Virus record (IMG/VR): IMGVR_UViG_3300017987_000106
Span: 1 to 57,252 of that record
From: a virus
Lineage: Duplodnaviria; Caudoviricetes
Length of the DNA stretch: 57,252 nt
Direction: 5' to 3' (one strand)
Below are positions 28,921-38,564 of the stretch, piece after piece. The notes beneath the pieces were generated by a model. The model saw nothing but the letters and a program-made list of their open reading frames with translations, was not told the DNA's origin and did not search any database. Positions within the stretch are counted from its first letter, which is position 1; each line of letters starts with the position of its first letter. A program made the translations under genes and the position numbers.

Positions 28921-31377
28921 ATGGCATTCAAAGAGTCCAGTTCCGCCATCGCGGTAGACAACATCGTCAACGGCGAAGACGTTGAAGCTACCATAGCCAA
29001 CCGGCCACACGACCAGGCCTTCGTCAATACCGATCAGCTGGCCTCGGTCCTCAACTCCGATAGGAACCTCGTCATCCGCGGCGGCGGGACGATCTCGTGG
29101 AACTCCGGCACGGAGACACTCTCGTTCAGCGAGACCCTCTACTTGTCGATGCCCAACGAGAACATCTCAACCGGCATTGGCGGGGCAGTCGAGCACACAA
29201 TCGTCAGCGGGTCCTTGGACTTCTCCCCTGGAACTGGTTCTCGAAAGACCTTGGCGGCCATCAAAGTTTCTCGCACGGCCGAGCCTGGGTACACGATGGG
29301 CGACGTCCAGCTGTTCGCGAGCATGACTGCTCTAGAGGCAGCAATCGCCGCGGAGTCGCCAGCAGACCAGACTGCTCGTTTCGACTACATAATCCTCGCC
29401 AAAAGGGAGCTCATCTCTCTACCGCCGAACCCCAATGACCACATCATTCTGTGGGACGGCAGACGAGTTCGTGACGGCGAATCGATTACCAATTCTGGGG
29501 CGACGGACACTCAGTATGCACAGGACTCCGAGTTCCAAGCTGAGCGGGTTCGGGAGAACCAAGACCGGAATACCTATCTGCTCGGCGGCGGAGTCCTGAC
29601 TTGGGAGGGACCGACTTTCGGTTTGAAGCTCGATGCCGACTTCTACTTGTCGATGCCCAACAACGTACTGATGCGGATCGCGTCTGGTACGCTGGCTGCT
29701 ATCGACAACGACCAGTGCTACATCATCCACGTCAGTGGGGTTCCGAATCTGGATCGCGCTGACGACGCCACGACGCTGGTGACGGTCGTTCCCAGAGCGC
29801 TGAACCACTCCGAAGTTGAGAAGGACAACGATAACCTGCTGGTGCTTGGGATATGCAGGGGAGACCGCCTCTACCTCATGGACGGAACCGTCGTCGAGGA
29901 CGGCTTCAGAACGCGACTCGGCGGGCTGGCCCAGGGGGTTCGGTGGGTCTTCAGCGGGCCAGGAACTGGGTCTGCTAGCTACGATTTCGGTGCCGTAGGT
30001 GGGAGCATCATCCGCCCGACGGGGGCGGATCCTGAATTCTTTCCTGGCGCTACTGAATTGATGGTCTACGTCAACGGTGTGCGCTACGTGGAGGGCCGGT
30101 ATGGCCATCCTTCTGGTGCAGGAAACGGGGACTACGACGAGCCAGCTGACACCACTACCCAGTACACTACGATCACCTGGACGCCCACCAATAGGCCCGT
30201 ACCCAGCGTGGATGATTGGGTTGTTGCCTTCGTAGGTTTGGCTGTACCAAATCTCGGACCAACAGGACTCGACCAGCTCGCGCTCTCCCAGAGTGACGGT
30301 ACGGTCATCAAGTCGGTGGATTTGAGCACTGACGACGTCCGAGAGGACGACGCTACCGATCCGACGGTCACTTTCTCAGACATCCCGTCGGGGGCAGAGA
30401 TGTCCGTTGGTGGGGTTATTGCCGACCCGGTCGCCGGAAGACGAGCTCAAGGGGTTGGTGCGATCGATCACGGAGCTCTGTTGGCCTACAGCCAGCGCCC
30501 ACAGGTCTTCTTCGACGACACCGACGCCGGCAGTGACAACCTGGTCATCTCTCCAGGAGAGCTCGCGTTGCCTTTGGACTCTTCGAGAGAGACGTGGGTC
30601 GTCCACCGCATTTGGCTCCCAGCTCAGGTAGACGGCAATTTGGTGTCCCCACCCACACAGCCCGGGGGGCTGGTCTATGTCTACATAGACGGGCCAGGAA
30701 CCAGACACGATTCCGCCTTCGGCCCTACAAACATCGAGAAGTCTACGACGCCCCCTATCGGGTTGGCGAATACCAATTTGAAGTGGCTCGCTCATCCGTC
30801 CAACCTGGATTGGATCTACATCGGCTGCTATTACGCCTACACTGGCATCGGCCCGGTGTTCGACTACATCCGCCCGTTCGATAGGGTGGGGGATGAGGTG
30901 CGGTACCGTGCCGGGCACCAACCACAAGTACTGTCCGACAATAATGGAGGCGGGGGTTGGGGTAGTGGTGGTGGTCAGATAGGCCCGGTTGACCTGTCGG
31001 AAGATGTCCCCAGGACAGCTCATGGGGTCATCCTACAAGTCGAGTTCGACATCGACATGGCGGCCTACGATACCGGTGGGGGTACCGACATCACCGGCGT
31101 GGCCTTCTACTCATCGGAGTCTACTCCTCCCTTGTCGTTCCCGAGCAGCATCGCAGACGACCACGACGTCCAATATCTGGTACAGCCTCTTGCGGCTGCA
31201 ACCTCGGGGACCAAACGGTACGCGTTCGACCCGTTCATCATCCCCGTGAACAATTTGACTGGCGGAGCTCCAGATGACGCTTCGGTCTCTCTGTGGGTCG
31301 GGCCGTACGTAGAACAGGTGGTCCTCCACGTGGTAGGCTACGTGGAGAGCCAGCAACACGTTTATAGGCACCGCTGA
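28921..31377 (+). CDS. Putative tail fibre protein (818 aa)
   Basis: Duplicated GGG-x-x-x-W...YLSMPN domain; LMVYVNGV module. Confidence 0.6.
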   Translation: MAFKESSSAIAVDNIVNGEDVEATIANRPHDQAFVNTDQLASVLNSDRNLVIRGGGTISWNSGTETLSFSETLYLSMPNENISTGIGGAVEHTIVSGSLDFSPGTGSRKTLAAIKVSRTAEPGYTMGDVQLFASMTALEAAIAAESPADQTARFDYIILAKRELISLPPNPNDHIILWDGRRVRDGESITNSGATDTQYAQDSEFQAERVRENQDRNTYLLGGGVLTWEGPTFGLKLDADFYLSMPNNVLMRIASGTLAAIDNDQCYIIHVSGVPNLDRADDATTLVTVVPRALNHSEVEKDNDNLLVLGICRGDRLYLMDGTVVEDGFRTRLGGLAQGVRWVFSGPGTGSASYDFGAVGGSIIRPTGADPEFFPGATELMVYVNGVRYVEGRYGHPSGAGNGDYDEPADTTTQYTTITWTPTNRPVPSVDDWVVAFVGLAVPNLGPTGLDQLALSQSDGTVIKSVDLSTDDVREDDATDPTVTFSDIPSGAEMSVGGVIADPVAGRRAQGVGAIDHGALLAYSQRPQVFFDDTDAGSDNLVISPGELALPLDSSRETWVVHRIWLPAQVDGNLVSPPTQPGGLVYVYIDGPGTRHDSAFGPTNIEKSTTPPIGLANTNLKWLAHPSNLDWIYIGCYYAYTGIGPVFDYIRPFDRVGDEVRYRAGHQPQVLSDNNGGGGWGSGGGQIGPVDLSEDVPRTAHGVILQVEFDIDMAAYDTGGGTDITGVAFYSSESTPPLSFPSSIADDHDVQYLVQPLAAATSGTKRYAFDPFIIPVNNLTGGAPDDASVSLWVGPYVEQVVLHVVGYVESQQHVYRHR
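29138..29661 (+). repeat. 20-bp direct repeat tctacttgtcgatgcccaac (29138-29157 and 29642-29661)
   Basis: Identical sequence at both positions, encoding YLSMPN in the duplicated domain. Confidence 0.8.
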
Positions 31378-33167
31378 TGACTGACACCAACGTACGCCGA
31401 AATCAGACGACCCACCAAGACGACCGCTTGGCGTCTCCATTCTTTACGGCGCGGATGCGCAGTGCCAGATTGACTGAAGGTGGGACGCTCACCTGGGACA
31501 TCTCTGGTCCGACAGGAACGTTCACGTGGAGCTCCCCCCTCTACATCGAATTCCCGTCGATGCCGTGGAAGATCAAGATCAACATCTCCGGAGCCAATCC
31601 AGGGTTCATCGGCAGCATTGCAGTCGGGGAGACGTTGTACCTTGAGATCCCCTTCATCAATGACGGAGGGTCGAACGTCGATGACGTTCACCCATTGGGG
31701 ACGTGGGATGTCGGCGTCGACCCTGTACTCGAGTATGCGTACTCGGCCATCCAGAAGTCTACCGGCCCAATCCCCAATGCTGGCGTGTCTGGCTCACAGT
31801 TCTTCTTCATCGCTACCAGGATCGAGAATGACCAGCTGGTCTTGCACAACGACTGCATCCTCTCGGATGGCGTTCCCGGGGCTATCGGCTCTGGAAGCAA
31901 TGCTGGCTCGCGCACGATCATTACTGCTCCAGCAGCAGATTGGGAGGACATCGGGATCCTCTATGCGCCAAACCAAAAGCACCTCCACGTCTACGTCAAT
32001 GGGGTCTACCAACTCCCGGCCAGGTACGACGGTGCTGTAGTTGACGGGTATTTGGCCAACGCTAATGCCCAGTACAGGGAGATGCCCATCACAGGGGGAG
32101 ACCCTGCGGATACCCTCTATGGGGGCATTGAGTGGTCTACGACTCCAGCTGATGCAACGCCGGACACAGGGGAGATCGTAGTCTTCCTGCTCGGTAGCGG
32201 AGCAATGGGACCCCCAGGGCCTCCAGGACCTCCCGGCGGTATGCAGGATGCGTACGACAACGGGAAGTCTATCGATCTCGACTATGACGGCGGTACGAAC
32301 ACCCAAGACCCAATCGACCTTGAGGAGGGCCTCGAGGCGACTGACATCAACGCTGTTTGGCCACAGAACGTCAAGAACAACCCGCGCCTGTCCGTTTTCG
32401 AGATCCTGCGCACTGTGAACCACCCACATGTCGACGCGCGTCAGAAGGTGGCGTTCTTGATAGACTCTGTCGGCAACATCGCCTCCTCAGGGGTGTTCTG
32501 CTACAACCCTGAAGGTCTGATGACCTTCGAGAACGTGTTGTTGAACAATGGGCCAGGGCGAAAAGACGGTATCTACTACGCTGGGATGGACGAGCGCATA
32601 GGCTCAGACGACCCGACCAACAAGTACATCATCCATTTCATCGACCGCGAAGTCTTGGATAATGCGGGGGTCGATGACCCAAGGCGCCTCCAGCAACTTC
32701 GTCAAGACCCAGATGTTATGCCCCCAGCAATTTGGAGCGGTACCCTGCGGGGGCAGTTTGCTGTCAACGAGCAGGGGGAGGTTGCAACTGGGTGGGCGAG
32801 GGACTTCATACGGTGGCACGTCTTCGACATCCTTTTCCCTTTCCAGTCCGGCGGAGACGTCTATACGACCTCTTTCACACTCAACTCCAACGTGATTGAA
32901 GACAGCGCAGCTTTCGTCGGAGGCTTCGCAACGCACCCGATTGACAGTGACGAGTACGAGGTCTTCTTCCATGCCAACCCGACGAACGCCTACGTCGGAG
33001 ACAACCCGTACGAGCTCAAGCTGGCGATCGAGAAGGTTGGGTCGACGAGGTACTTGCGGGTCACGTATGGGGCGAACCTCATCAACTACACTGCCAAGAT
33101 CGTCTTGTTCTTCAGTGCGGAGTACGCTATCGGAGCATCTGCTCCTGACGAAGGCGACTTCACGTAG
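31377..33167 (+). CDS. Putative tail fibre protein with short collagen-like segment (596 aa)
   Basis: N-domain paralogous to the upstream fibre (EGGTLTW...LYIEFP); LHVYVNGVYQ; GPPGPPGPPG at 32208-32237. Confidence 0.6.
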   Translation: MTDTNVRRNQTTHQDDRLASPFFTARMRSARLTEGGTLTWDISGPTGTFTWSSPLYIEFPSMPWKIKINISGANPGFIGSIAVGETLYLEIPFINDGGSNVDDVHPLGTWDVGVDPVLEYAYSAIQKSTGPIPNAGVSGSQFFFIATRIENDQLVLHNDCILSDGVPGAIGSGSNAGSRTIITAPAADWEDIGILYAPNQKHLHVYVNGVYQLPARYDGAVVDGYLANANAQYREMPITGGDPADTLYGGIEWSTTPADATPDTGEIVVFLLGSGAMGPPGPPGPPGGMQDAYDNGKSIDLDYDGGTNTQDPIDLEEGLEATDINAVWPQNVKNNPRLSVFEILRTVNHPHVDARQKVAFLIDSVGNIASSGVFCYNPEGLMTFENVLLNNGPGRKDGIYYAGMDERIGSDDPTNKYIIHFIDREVLDNAGVDDPRRLQQLRQDPDVMPPAIWSGTLRGQFAVNEQGEVATGWARDFIRWHVFDILFPFQSGGDVYTTSFTLNSNVIEDSAAFVGGFATHPIDSDEYEVFFHANPTNAYVGDNPYELKLAIEKVGSTRYLRVTYGANLINYTAKIVLFFSAEYAIGASAPDEGDFT

Positions 33168-33177
33168 GAGGTGATTC

Positions 33178-33513
33178 GTGTACTACGTATTCCGAAAGAG
33201 TGACGGCGCTATCTTGAGCGCTAGCCCATCTACGCCTATCGTTGCCGAGGACGACTCTGTCGGTATCATCTCCGACGACTTGGCCCTACCCCAGGCGAAG
33301 TGGGTCGATTACTACGTCAGGAAGAGGAAGCTGAAAAAGCGCCCCAGCGATCGGACGGCCAGGCGCGCGAAGGTCCGTGTCGAAGCGCGGACCAAGGCTG
33401 CCTTGGATGTTAAAAGAAGGTTCTACGAGCTCGTCGAAAAGGAGGAACCAACTCCTGCAGAGCTCCAAGAGGCCCTGCTGATCATCGGAAGGATGGTTTT
33501 CCCAAAGAGGTAG
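33178..33513 (+). CDS. Putative tail fibre assembly/chaperone-like protein (111 aa)
   Basis: Strong AGGAGGTG SD; last gene after the fibres; MYYVFRKSDGAIL N-terminus. Confidence 0.45.
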   Translation: MYYVFRKSDGAILSASPSTPIVAEDDSVGIISDDLALPQAKWVDYYVRKRKLKKRPSDRTARRAKVRVEARTKAALDVKRRFYELVEKEEPTPAELQEALLIIGRMVFPKR

Positions 33514-33541
33514 CGGCGGCCGAGTTTCCCCGACCGCCGCT
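33512..33541 (-). terminator. 13-bp GC-rich hairpin with GAAA tetraloop between convergent operons
   Basis: Minus strand: AGCGGCGGTCGGG-GAAA-CTCGGCCGCCGCT (two G-U pairs); no long U tract. Confidence 0.65.
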
Positions 33542-33563
33542 TCCCTTGGTGGTCTTCCGTGAC

Positions 33564-34553
33564 CTACGCGTTTGCCTGAGTCGTCAATTCGTCCCAGATC
33601 AGCGGGACGGAACGAACCCTGGGCATTCCGCGAACTTCGATGCCGAGAGCAGACCCGAGCTGGGCCAGCAGCGCCGACGGAAACCTCTTCTCATCTTGGA
33701 GACTGAGGATGGAGACCTTGTGTGTCTCTCCGTCGATCTCGACGTTGTAGGTAGCTCCTTCGTCTTCCTGTACGGACTTCGTCGTAGCCTTCCCGTTCGT
33801 CTTCTGCTTCTCTGGCTTCCCCTCGGGCTGCTCCTCGACCTTCTCTTGGTCAGTCAGGCGCATACCGAGGACGAAGGCCTCTTCGAGAACCTCATCCGTG
33901 ATTCCGAAGTCGAGGCCCCGGATGTCTCCCACGAGGCCCCCGAGGAGTACCAGCGCATTCCGCAGAACAGTCGTCAGCCGGTCGGCTTCCTCGAGGACGT
34001 TCGACACCATGTCGTAGATGGCTTTCCGTTCGTCCGATCCGAGGGCCTGCCCCTCCGCCAGTGCGGCGACGTTGTTGTAGAGAGGCGCAAGCTGCTCCTG
34101 TAGCAGGTCTCCGATAGCGGCGATGTCGACAGTCGCTTTGGGTTTCCTGCTTCGGGTCTTCTTTGCCTTCTTCTGGGCAGGCTCCGGCTCCGGTGCCTGC
34201 TTCGTCGCTTCTTCCTCTGGCGGGGACGTGTCGATAGGCACCTCGACCTCCTGCTTCGGCTCCGGCTCCGGCTCTTCGGGAGCTTCTCCGGTCGGCGGCC
34301 GCGGGGCTGCCTTCTTGAGGGCCTTGGCCCCGGCGATTCCCTCCTCCTGATACTTCTCCCAGATGAGGTCCAGGAGGACCGACTCCTCCTTGATGAGGGC
34401 CGTGTAGGGGCCCTCGTACCCTTTCTCAGCTCCAGCTTTGGACCGCGGAACCTGATAGCGCTCTTCGAGGTACAGCATCAAGAAGAGCCGGGGGACCTTC
34501 CTCAACTCCGGCCTGGTGTACGCAAACTGAGCATCCAATTTCTTTCCTGTCAT
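33564..34553 (-). CDS. Hypothetical protein with E/P/K low-complexity linkers
   Basis: ATG 34553 with AGGAG SD (the track start at 34640 is probably too long). Confidence 0.65.
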   Translation of the reverse strand: MTGKKLDAQFAYTRPELRKVPRLFLMLYLEERYQVPRSKAGAEKGYEGPYTALIKEESVLLDLIWEKYQEEGIAGAKALKKAAPRPPTGEAPEEPEPEPKQEVEVPIDTSPPEEEATKQAPEPEPAQKKAKKTRSRKPKATVDIAAIGDLLQEQLAPLYNNVAALAEGQALGSDERKAIYDMVSNVLEEADRLTTVLRNALVLLGGLVGDIRGLDFGITDEVLEEAFVLGMRLTDQEKVEEQPEGKPEKQKTNGKATTKSVQEDEGATYNVEIDGETHKVSILSLQDEKRFPSALLAQLGSALGIEVRGMPRVRSVPLIWDELTTQANA

Positions 34554-34561
34554 CTCTCCTC

Positions 34562-34903
34562 CTAGCGTTTCAGCAACCAGGGGTTGTCCTGGTTGAGGTA
34601 TCCTCCACGGATCATGGTTTTCAGATTCTCCAGAAAGCACTTCACCCGCATCGCTGCCTCACAGCGGATGCAGTCTGGGAACCCTGGGTGTTGGGCACTG
34701 ATTGTGTCGAAGTGGTCTTCCACCCACGTCATCTGGATGTCACTCATCTCCCAGAAGGGATGGTGCATCGCCGCGACGTCGATCTTCTCTCCGTCTTCGT
34801 GCTTCCTGATGTATTCGATGATCTCCTTCGGCGACATGCTCTCAGGCAGGAAGAGCCCTTTGAGCTGTGCGTGAAGGAGAAGGTCCTTTTGGTTCAGCTT
34901 CAC
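34562..34903 (-). CDS. Hypothetical protein (113 aa) with a CxxC...C motif
   Basis: GTGA coupling with rusA; DCIRCEAAMRVKC. Confidence 0.6.
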   Translation of the reverse strand: MKLNQKDLLLHAQLKGLFLPESMSPKEIIEYIRKHEDGEKIDVAAMHHPFWEMSDIQMTWVEDHFDTISAQHPGFPDCIRCEAAMRVKCFLENLKTMIRGGYLNQDNPWLLKR

Positions 34904-35376
34904 ATGACCCTCCAGATTTCGACTTCGACTCTGGGGTCATCCGGGTCTACGTCCTTCTCGACGGCGCTGAAGAAGAAGTTGGCGTCGTCAATACCGGTGA
35001 AGTCCCTAATACAGTCGAGTAGGGGTTTTACGCGGTTGTCGGCGTCAAGCTTCAAGTAGGGAGATGGCCCTCCTCCTCGGTTCTTCTTCCGGATCCGCTC
35101 AAAGTAGAACGCGGCAACGACCAAGTAGACCCCGTCGACTGCGTAGATGTCGTCCGGCAGTGTGATGAGGTGAGGGTTCTTGTCCGTGACCCGCCTGGCG
35201 AAGCTCGCCTTGTACTCCCTGTAGAGCCTGCTGTCTACGATACGTCCGTTGACAGCTCGCTGCATCCTATTCAGGGAGGGCGGCATCGGGCAGGTCATGG
35301 AGACGCGCTCCTGACGCTTGAGAATCCTCCTCATGTCCAGTATGTGACGTTCTAGGTACGTCCCTTGTTCTTCCAT
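34900..35376 (-). CDS. rusA: RusA-like Holliday junction resolvase
   Basis: PPSLN N-motif; DADNRVKPLLD...IDD catalytic motif; C-terminal PRVEVEI. Confidence 0.85.
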   Translation of the reverse strand: MEEQGTYLERHILDMRRILKRQERVSMTCPMPPSLNRMQRAVNGRIVDSRLYREYKASFARRVTDKNPHLITLPDDIYAVDGVYLVVAAFYFERIRKKNRGGGPSPYLKLDADNRVKPLLDCIRDFTGIDDANFFFSAVEKDVDPDDPRVEVEIWRVM

Positions 35377-36062
35377 CTTGATGCCCTCGCCTTCGTTCGT
35401 TCAGCCGAGGGGTTGTAGTCGTTTTCGTACCCAGGGCTGTGGTATGACCTTTGTGCTTCCTCCATCTTCGCCATGCGGTTGCGATTGAGTGCTTCCACCA
35501 CGCGCCGCCACCCATCGTAGAGAGCTTGCGCTCTCTTGTAGGTGCTCTGTGCGAGGAGGTAGACCTCCTCGGCGTGTAGGACTCTGGCGTCTGACTTCGC
35601 TTGTTCGGTCCTCGCCTTGTCGGAGTACTTCCTGCCTGTCGCTGGGTCCTTCTGCCCGCGCAGGTCCATCTCGACCATCCTCTGCAGCCTGGACATTTTC
35701 ATCTTGGCTGCAGCCTGGACATACTCGAGGTCGACCAGCTCACAGGACTTGAACGCCAGCTCGGCGGAGAAGTACTGGATGAGATGCCCCACCATCTCGA
35801 TGTCGAGTTTGCTCACGTCAGCCGGCGGGACCAGTTCCAAGTCTTCGAGGTCGACCCCTTCCAGGCGGCGGTCGTTGAGGAACATCCTGTATCCCTGGTG
35901 GACGCACTCGATGAAGGGCTTTACGACTTCGGGGACTCGGGGGCGCGCGAATGGGATAAACCCCCGAGCTCGAGCTCGGGAGATGACTGTCTGTTGTAGG
36001 GCGTCCAAGGATGTCTCGAGCAACTTGATGTCCTCGGACGCGTCGATGTTGAATTTTGGCAT
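35352..36062 (-). CDS. UvsY-like recombination mediator (putative)
   Basis: Helical C-half (KYSDKARTEQAKSDARVLHAEEVYLLAQ...) resembles UvsY; same operon as RecA/UvsX. Confidence 0.45.
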   Translation of the reverse strand: MPKFNIDASEDIKLLETSLDALQQTVISRARARGFIPFARPRVPEVVKPFIECVHQGYRMFLNDRRLEGVDLEDLELVPPADVSKLDIEMVGHLIQYFSAELAFKSCELVDLEYVQAAAKMKMSRLQRMVEMDLRGQKDPATGRKYSDKARTEQAKSDARVLHAEEVYLLAQSTYKRAQALYDGWRRVVEALNRNRMAKMEEAQRSYHSPGYENDYNPSAERTKARASRWKNKGRT

Positions 36063-36065
36063 GTG

Positions 36066-36821
36066 CTACTCCTTCAAGCAGACTTCCCGGTAGGGGCAAG
36101 TCCTGCACCAGAAACCCTGATACGGAATGGGGAGCTCACCCTGGTTGATGGGAGCGAGCACTCGGTCGAGGATCCGCCGGCGGTACATTTCGTACCGTAC
36201 TGGGTCAGCCCGCATGACAGTTTCCGTCTTCTCCAGGTCCCCCAGGTCCAGCTCGGTCCCTGCCATAACCAGCGTCTCCCAGTCGTGGAGACCGTCCATA
36301 CAGAAGTACAGGAACGTGCAGGTTTCCCAACCGAAGGCGACGAAGTAGAACAACACCTGGTCGGCGTGTGTCCGGAGCGGCTTCCCCGAGCTGACGATCT
36401 TCTTATACTGACCAGCTGAGATCGGCTTGATCTCCAGGCCGTACTTCCCGTCGAGTTGGGAGTCGCCCTTCATCCGCATCTGGAGTTCCGGGATGCCACC
36501 GGAGATCTCATGGATTACCCTGTCCTCCCCGTATATCTTTGTCAGGTACCCCTGGTACAGAGTGTGAAGAGCCTTCCCCGTATCGAATCTCTTCAGGGTC
36601 CCGATTTTGAATTTCGGGGACTGCTTCGTCCCTACCGCCTTGTACCCGAGGAACCTGTCGCAGTATGGTCCTTGGTCTGAGGCTGTGAGCATCGATGGGG
36701 AGAGGTCAGCTGAATAGACCTTGCTCCTCTCCCGTTGCTGTTCTGCGAGCAGATACTCGGTGATTTTGTTCTTGAGGTCCCAGGGGTCGATTAGCTCAAT
36801 CCCCTCTAGGGCTTCTGACAT
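36066..36821 (-). CDS. Cas4-like PD-(D/E)XK exonuclease with putative 4Fe-4S site
   Basis: SPS..C, GKALH, D...LEIK, Q...Y motifs; C-terminal CRTCPYREVC. Confidence 0.8.
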   Translation of the reverse strand: MSEALEGIELIDPWDLKNKITEYLLAEQQRERSKVYSADLSPSMLTASDQGPYCDRFLGYKAVGTKQSPKFKIGTLKRFDTGKALHTLYQGYLTKIYGEDRVIHEISGGIPELQMRMKGDSQLDGKYGLEIKPISAGQYKKIVSSGKPLRTHADQVLFYFVAFGWETCTFLYFCMDGLHDWETLVMAGTELDLGDLEKTETVMRADPVRYEMYRRRILDRVLAPINQGELPIPYQGFWCRTCPYREVCLKE

Positions 36822-37315
36822 AACTCCTCCATGTAGTCGTCGTTGTGTTTCTCAAATTCGTCCCAGAGGACAATGATGAGCTCCCACCCGAGCCACTGAG
36901 TGTGCAGCGGCCCGTCGTACAAGTCGTCTACGAGATCTGTGCTGATCTTGCAGGACCACCCAGATGACTTGTTGGGGATGGAGAGACACGCCCCCTTGGG
37001 CTCTTCTCCACCGAGCTCTAGCCAGTCATTTCGCTGTATCACAGCGACGGGGGCAGCGTCTCCTACTGTCACCCGATAGACCGGCATCTTGTAGACGGTG
37101 CGAGCTTCCCTCAGCAGCTTCCGCCAGAGGGCTTCGGTCAAGTAGAAGACCGCTGCCGACCTGACTTTGTCCTCAACCAAGGCGTGCGGGAAATCTACGT
37201 CTCCGGGATCTCGAGGGTCGTTCCCGCTACCCCTTGTCGTCCTTCCGTACTTCCCCGCTGCCGTCTTCTCCGACTCCTGGGACTTTCGGAAGGTTCTCCT
37301 CGACTTCAGTGCCAC
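36806..37315 (-). CDS. Phage PD-(D/E)XK endonuclease, Hjc-like resolvase candidate
   Basis: E..A..YGRTTRGSG...GDV....LVEDK. Confidence 0.65.
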   Translation of the reverse strand: MALKSRRTFRKSQESEKTAAGKYGRTTRGSGNDPRDPGDVDFPHALVEDKVRSAAVFYLTEALWRKLLREARTVYKMPVYRVTVGDAAPVAVIQRNDWLELGGEEPKGACLSIPNKSSGWSCKISTDLVDDLYDGPLHTQWLGWELIIVLWDEFEKHNDDYMEELCQKP

Positions 37316-38564
37316 TTACTCTCTCCGTCAGCAACTTCTGGCAGGCCCAGCGGACCTCTTCCTCGTCTCGCAGGACCTCGTCTACCAGCATCCGGCCCCC
37401 GGCGATGAATCTCTCCTCGTGCCCAGGTAGTCGCAGGTAATACCCACGGGACCCGTGCTGCACGAGCCAGTCGGTGTCCAGCAGAGCTGTGCGGATGGCC
37501 TCTGCCTCGTCGAGTGTGCCGGCTGGAATAGTCGACTCTTTCCCAACGTGGTCGTGCTTGTAGTACCTGACTTGGACGTTCTTCCCGTCAGCAGCTCCGT
37601 ACTTCACCTTCTTGAGGTAGTAGTTGATGAGGTGCGACGTCTCGACGTGGTCAGGCGCCTTCTTGCTTTGGGGGCCGGTGTAGGTCTCTTTCCCGGATAC
37701 CCTCGACATCTGCAGCGTGACGCCCGAGTAGTGCTTCAGTGCCCACCCGCCCGTTTGCTGCTTGTCCAAGGTGATGTTGGGGCCTATTTGAGCCATCCGT
37801 AGCTGAGAGATGAAGAAGCAGACGGTCCGCCTCTTCTCTTCGACAGAGCGCCCTCTGCGCTTGACCTTGACGGGCTCCTGCATGATGTGGCCCTTGAGCC
37901 TGAAGAAGTCGCTCAGGAGCTGGGCTCTGCCTTGTCCACCTCTCCCTTTCGACGCCCCGCTGATGCCGTCTTTCTGCGCCCCAGCCATCGCTTCAGCCAG
38001 TATCAGCCCGTCGATTGAGTTGAGGACGATCATGTCGAAGACGCCAGCACTCGACAGGTCGAGGATCAAGTCCATCGCCGCCTGGGCGTCTTTGGCGTGT
38101 GGGAACCAGATGTCCCCGATGCCCTCGTTCTTGAGCTCCTTCTTCTTCTTCGCTGGGAGCTTCTTCTTGTGCCTCTCTTCCCACAAGTCGATCTCGCCAT
38201 CGCTCCAGTCGAGCTTGCACCCGACCAGGCGCGCGAAGTTCTTGTCGAATTCGCCCTCGTTGTTGATGAATGCGGCGGTGGCCTCCTTCCCCTTGTTCCT
38301 TTGCAGAGCTGCAAGGCACAAGTTCGCCGTCAGGTCCTTCCCGACGTTGGGCTCGCCGTAGATGATGACGTTCTGGCCGCAGGGGTACCCCCCGTTCAGC
38401 GCCAGATTCAATGAGAAGATGCCTGAGTCGAGCCTGATCTCGTGGACGTTGAAGAGCTTGTCCGCCGGCGTGAAGACGACTTCATCGCTGCGGCTCAAGC
38501 CCCTGGTCAGCCCTCGTAGTATCTCAGTTCTCGTCGGGGCTTCTTCCTCCTTCTTCTTCGGCAT
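37227..38564 (-). CDS. recA: RecA/UvsX-like recombinase
   Basis: SGIFSLNLALNGGYP; Walker A GEPNVGKD; FINNE; MIVLNSI; FISQLR; TGGWALKHYS. Start placed at ATG 38564 after a GAGGAGG SD. Confidence 0.9.
   Translation of the reverse strand: MPKKKEEEAPTRTEILRGLTRGLSRSDEVVFTPADKLFNVHEIRLDSGIFSLNLALNGGYPCGQNVIIYGEPNVGKDLTANLCLAALQRNKGKEATAAFINNEGEFDKNFARLVGCKLDWSDGEIDLWEERHKKKLPAKKKKELKNEGIGDIWFPHAKDAQAAMDLILDLSSAGVFDMIVLNSIDGLILAEAMAGAQKDGISGASKGRGGQGRAQLLSDFFRLKGHIMQEPVKVKRRGRSVEEKRRTVCFFISQLRMAQIGPNITLDKQQTGGWALKHYSGVTLQMSRVSGKETYTGPQSKKAPDHVETSHLINYYLKKVKYGAADGKNVQVRYYKHDHVGKESTIPAGTLDEAEAIRTALLDTDWLVQHGSRGYYLRLPGHEERFIAGGRMLVDEVLRDEEEVRWACQKLLTERVSGTEVEENLPKVPGVGEDGSGEVRKDDKG

Noticed and set aside
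2021-33513. Contractile injection system (eCIS/tailocin) rather than phage
   Set aside because: Linked to portal, replication and RNAP genes, which indicates a complete phage.
28921-33513. Diversity-generating retroelement or invertible fibre cassette
   Set aside because: No reverse transcriptase, invertase or TR/VR pair visible; only one 20-bp repeat.
36066-36821. CRISPR-Cas system suggested by the Cas4-like gene
   Set aside because: No repeat-spacer array or other cas genes seen; solo Cas4-like nucleases are common in phage replication modules.
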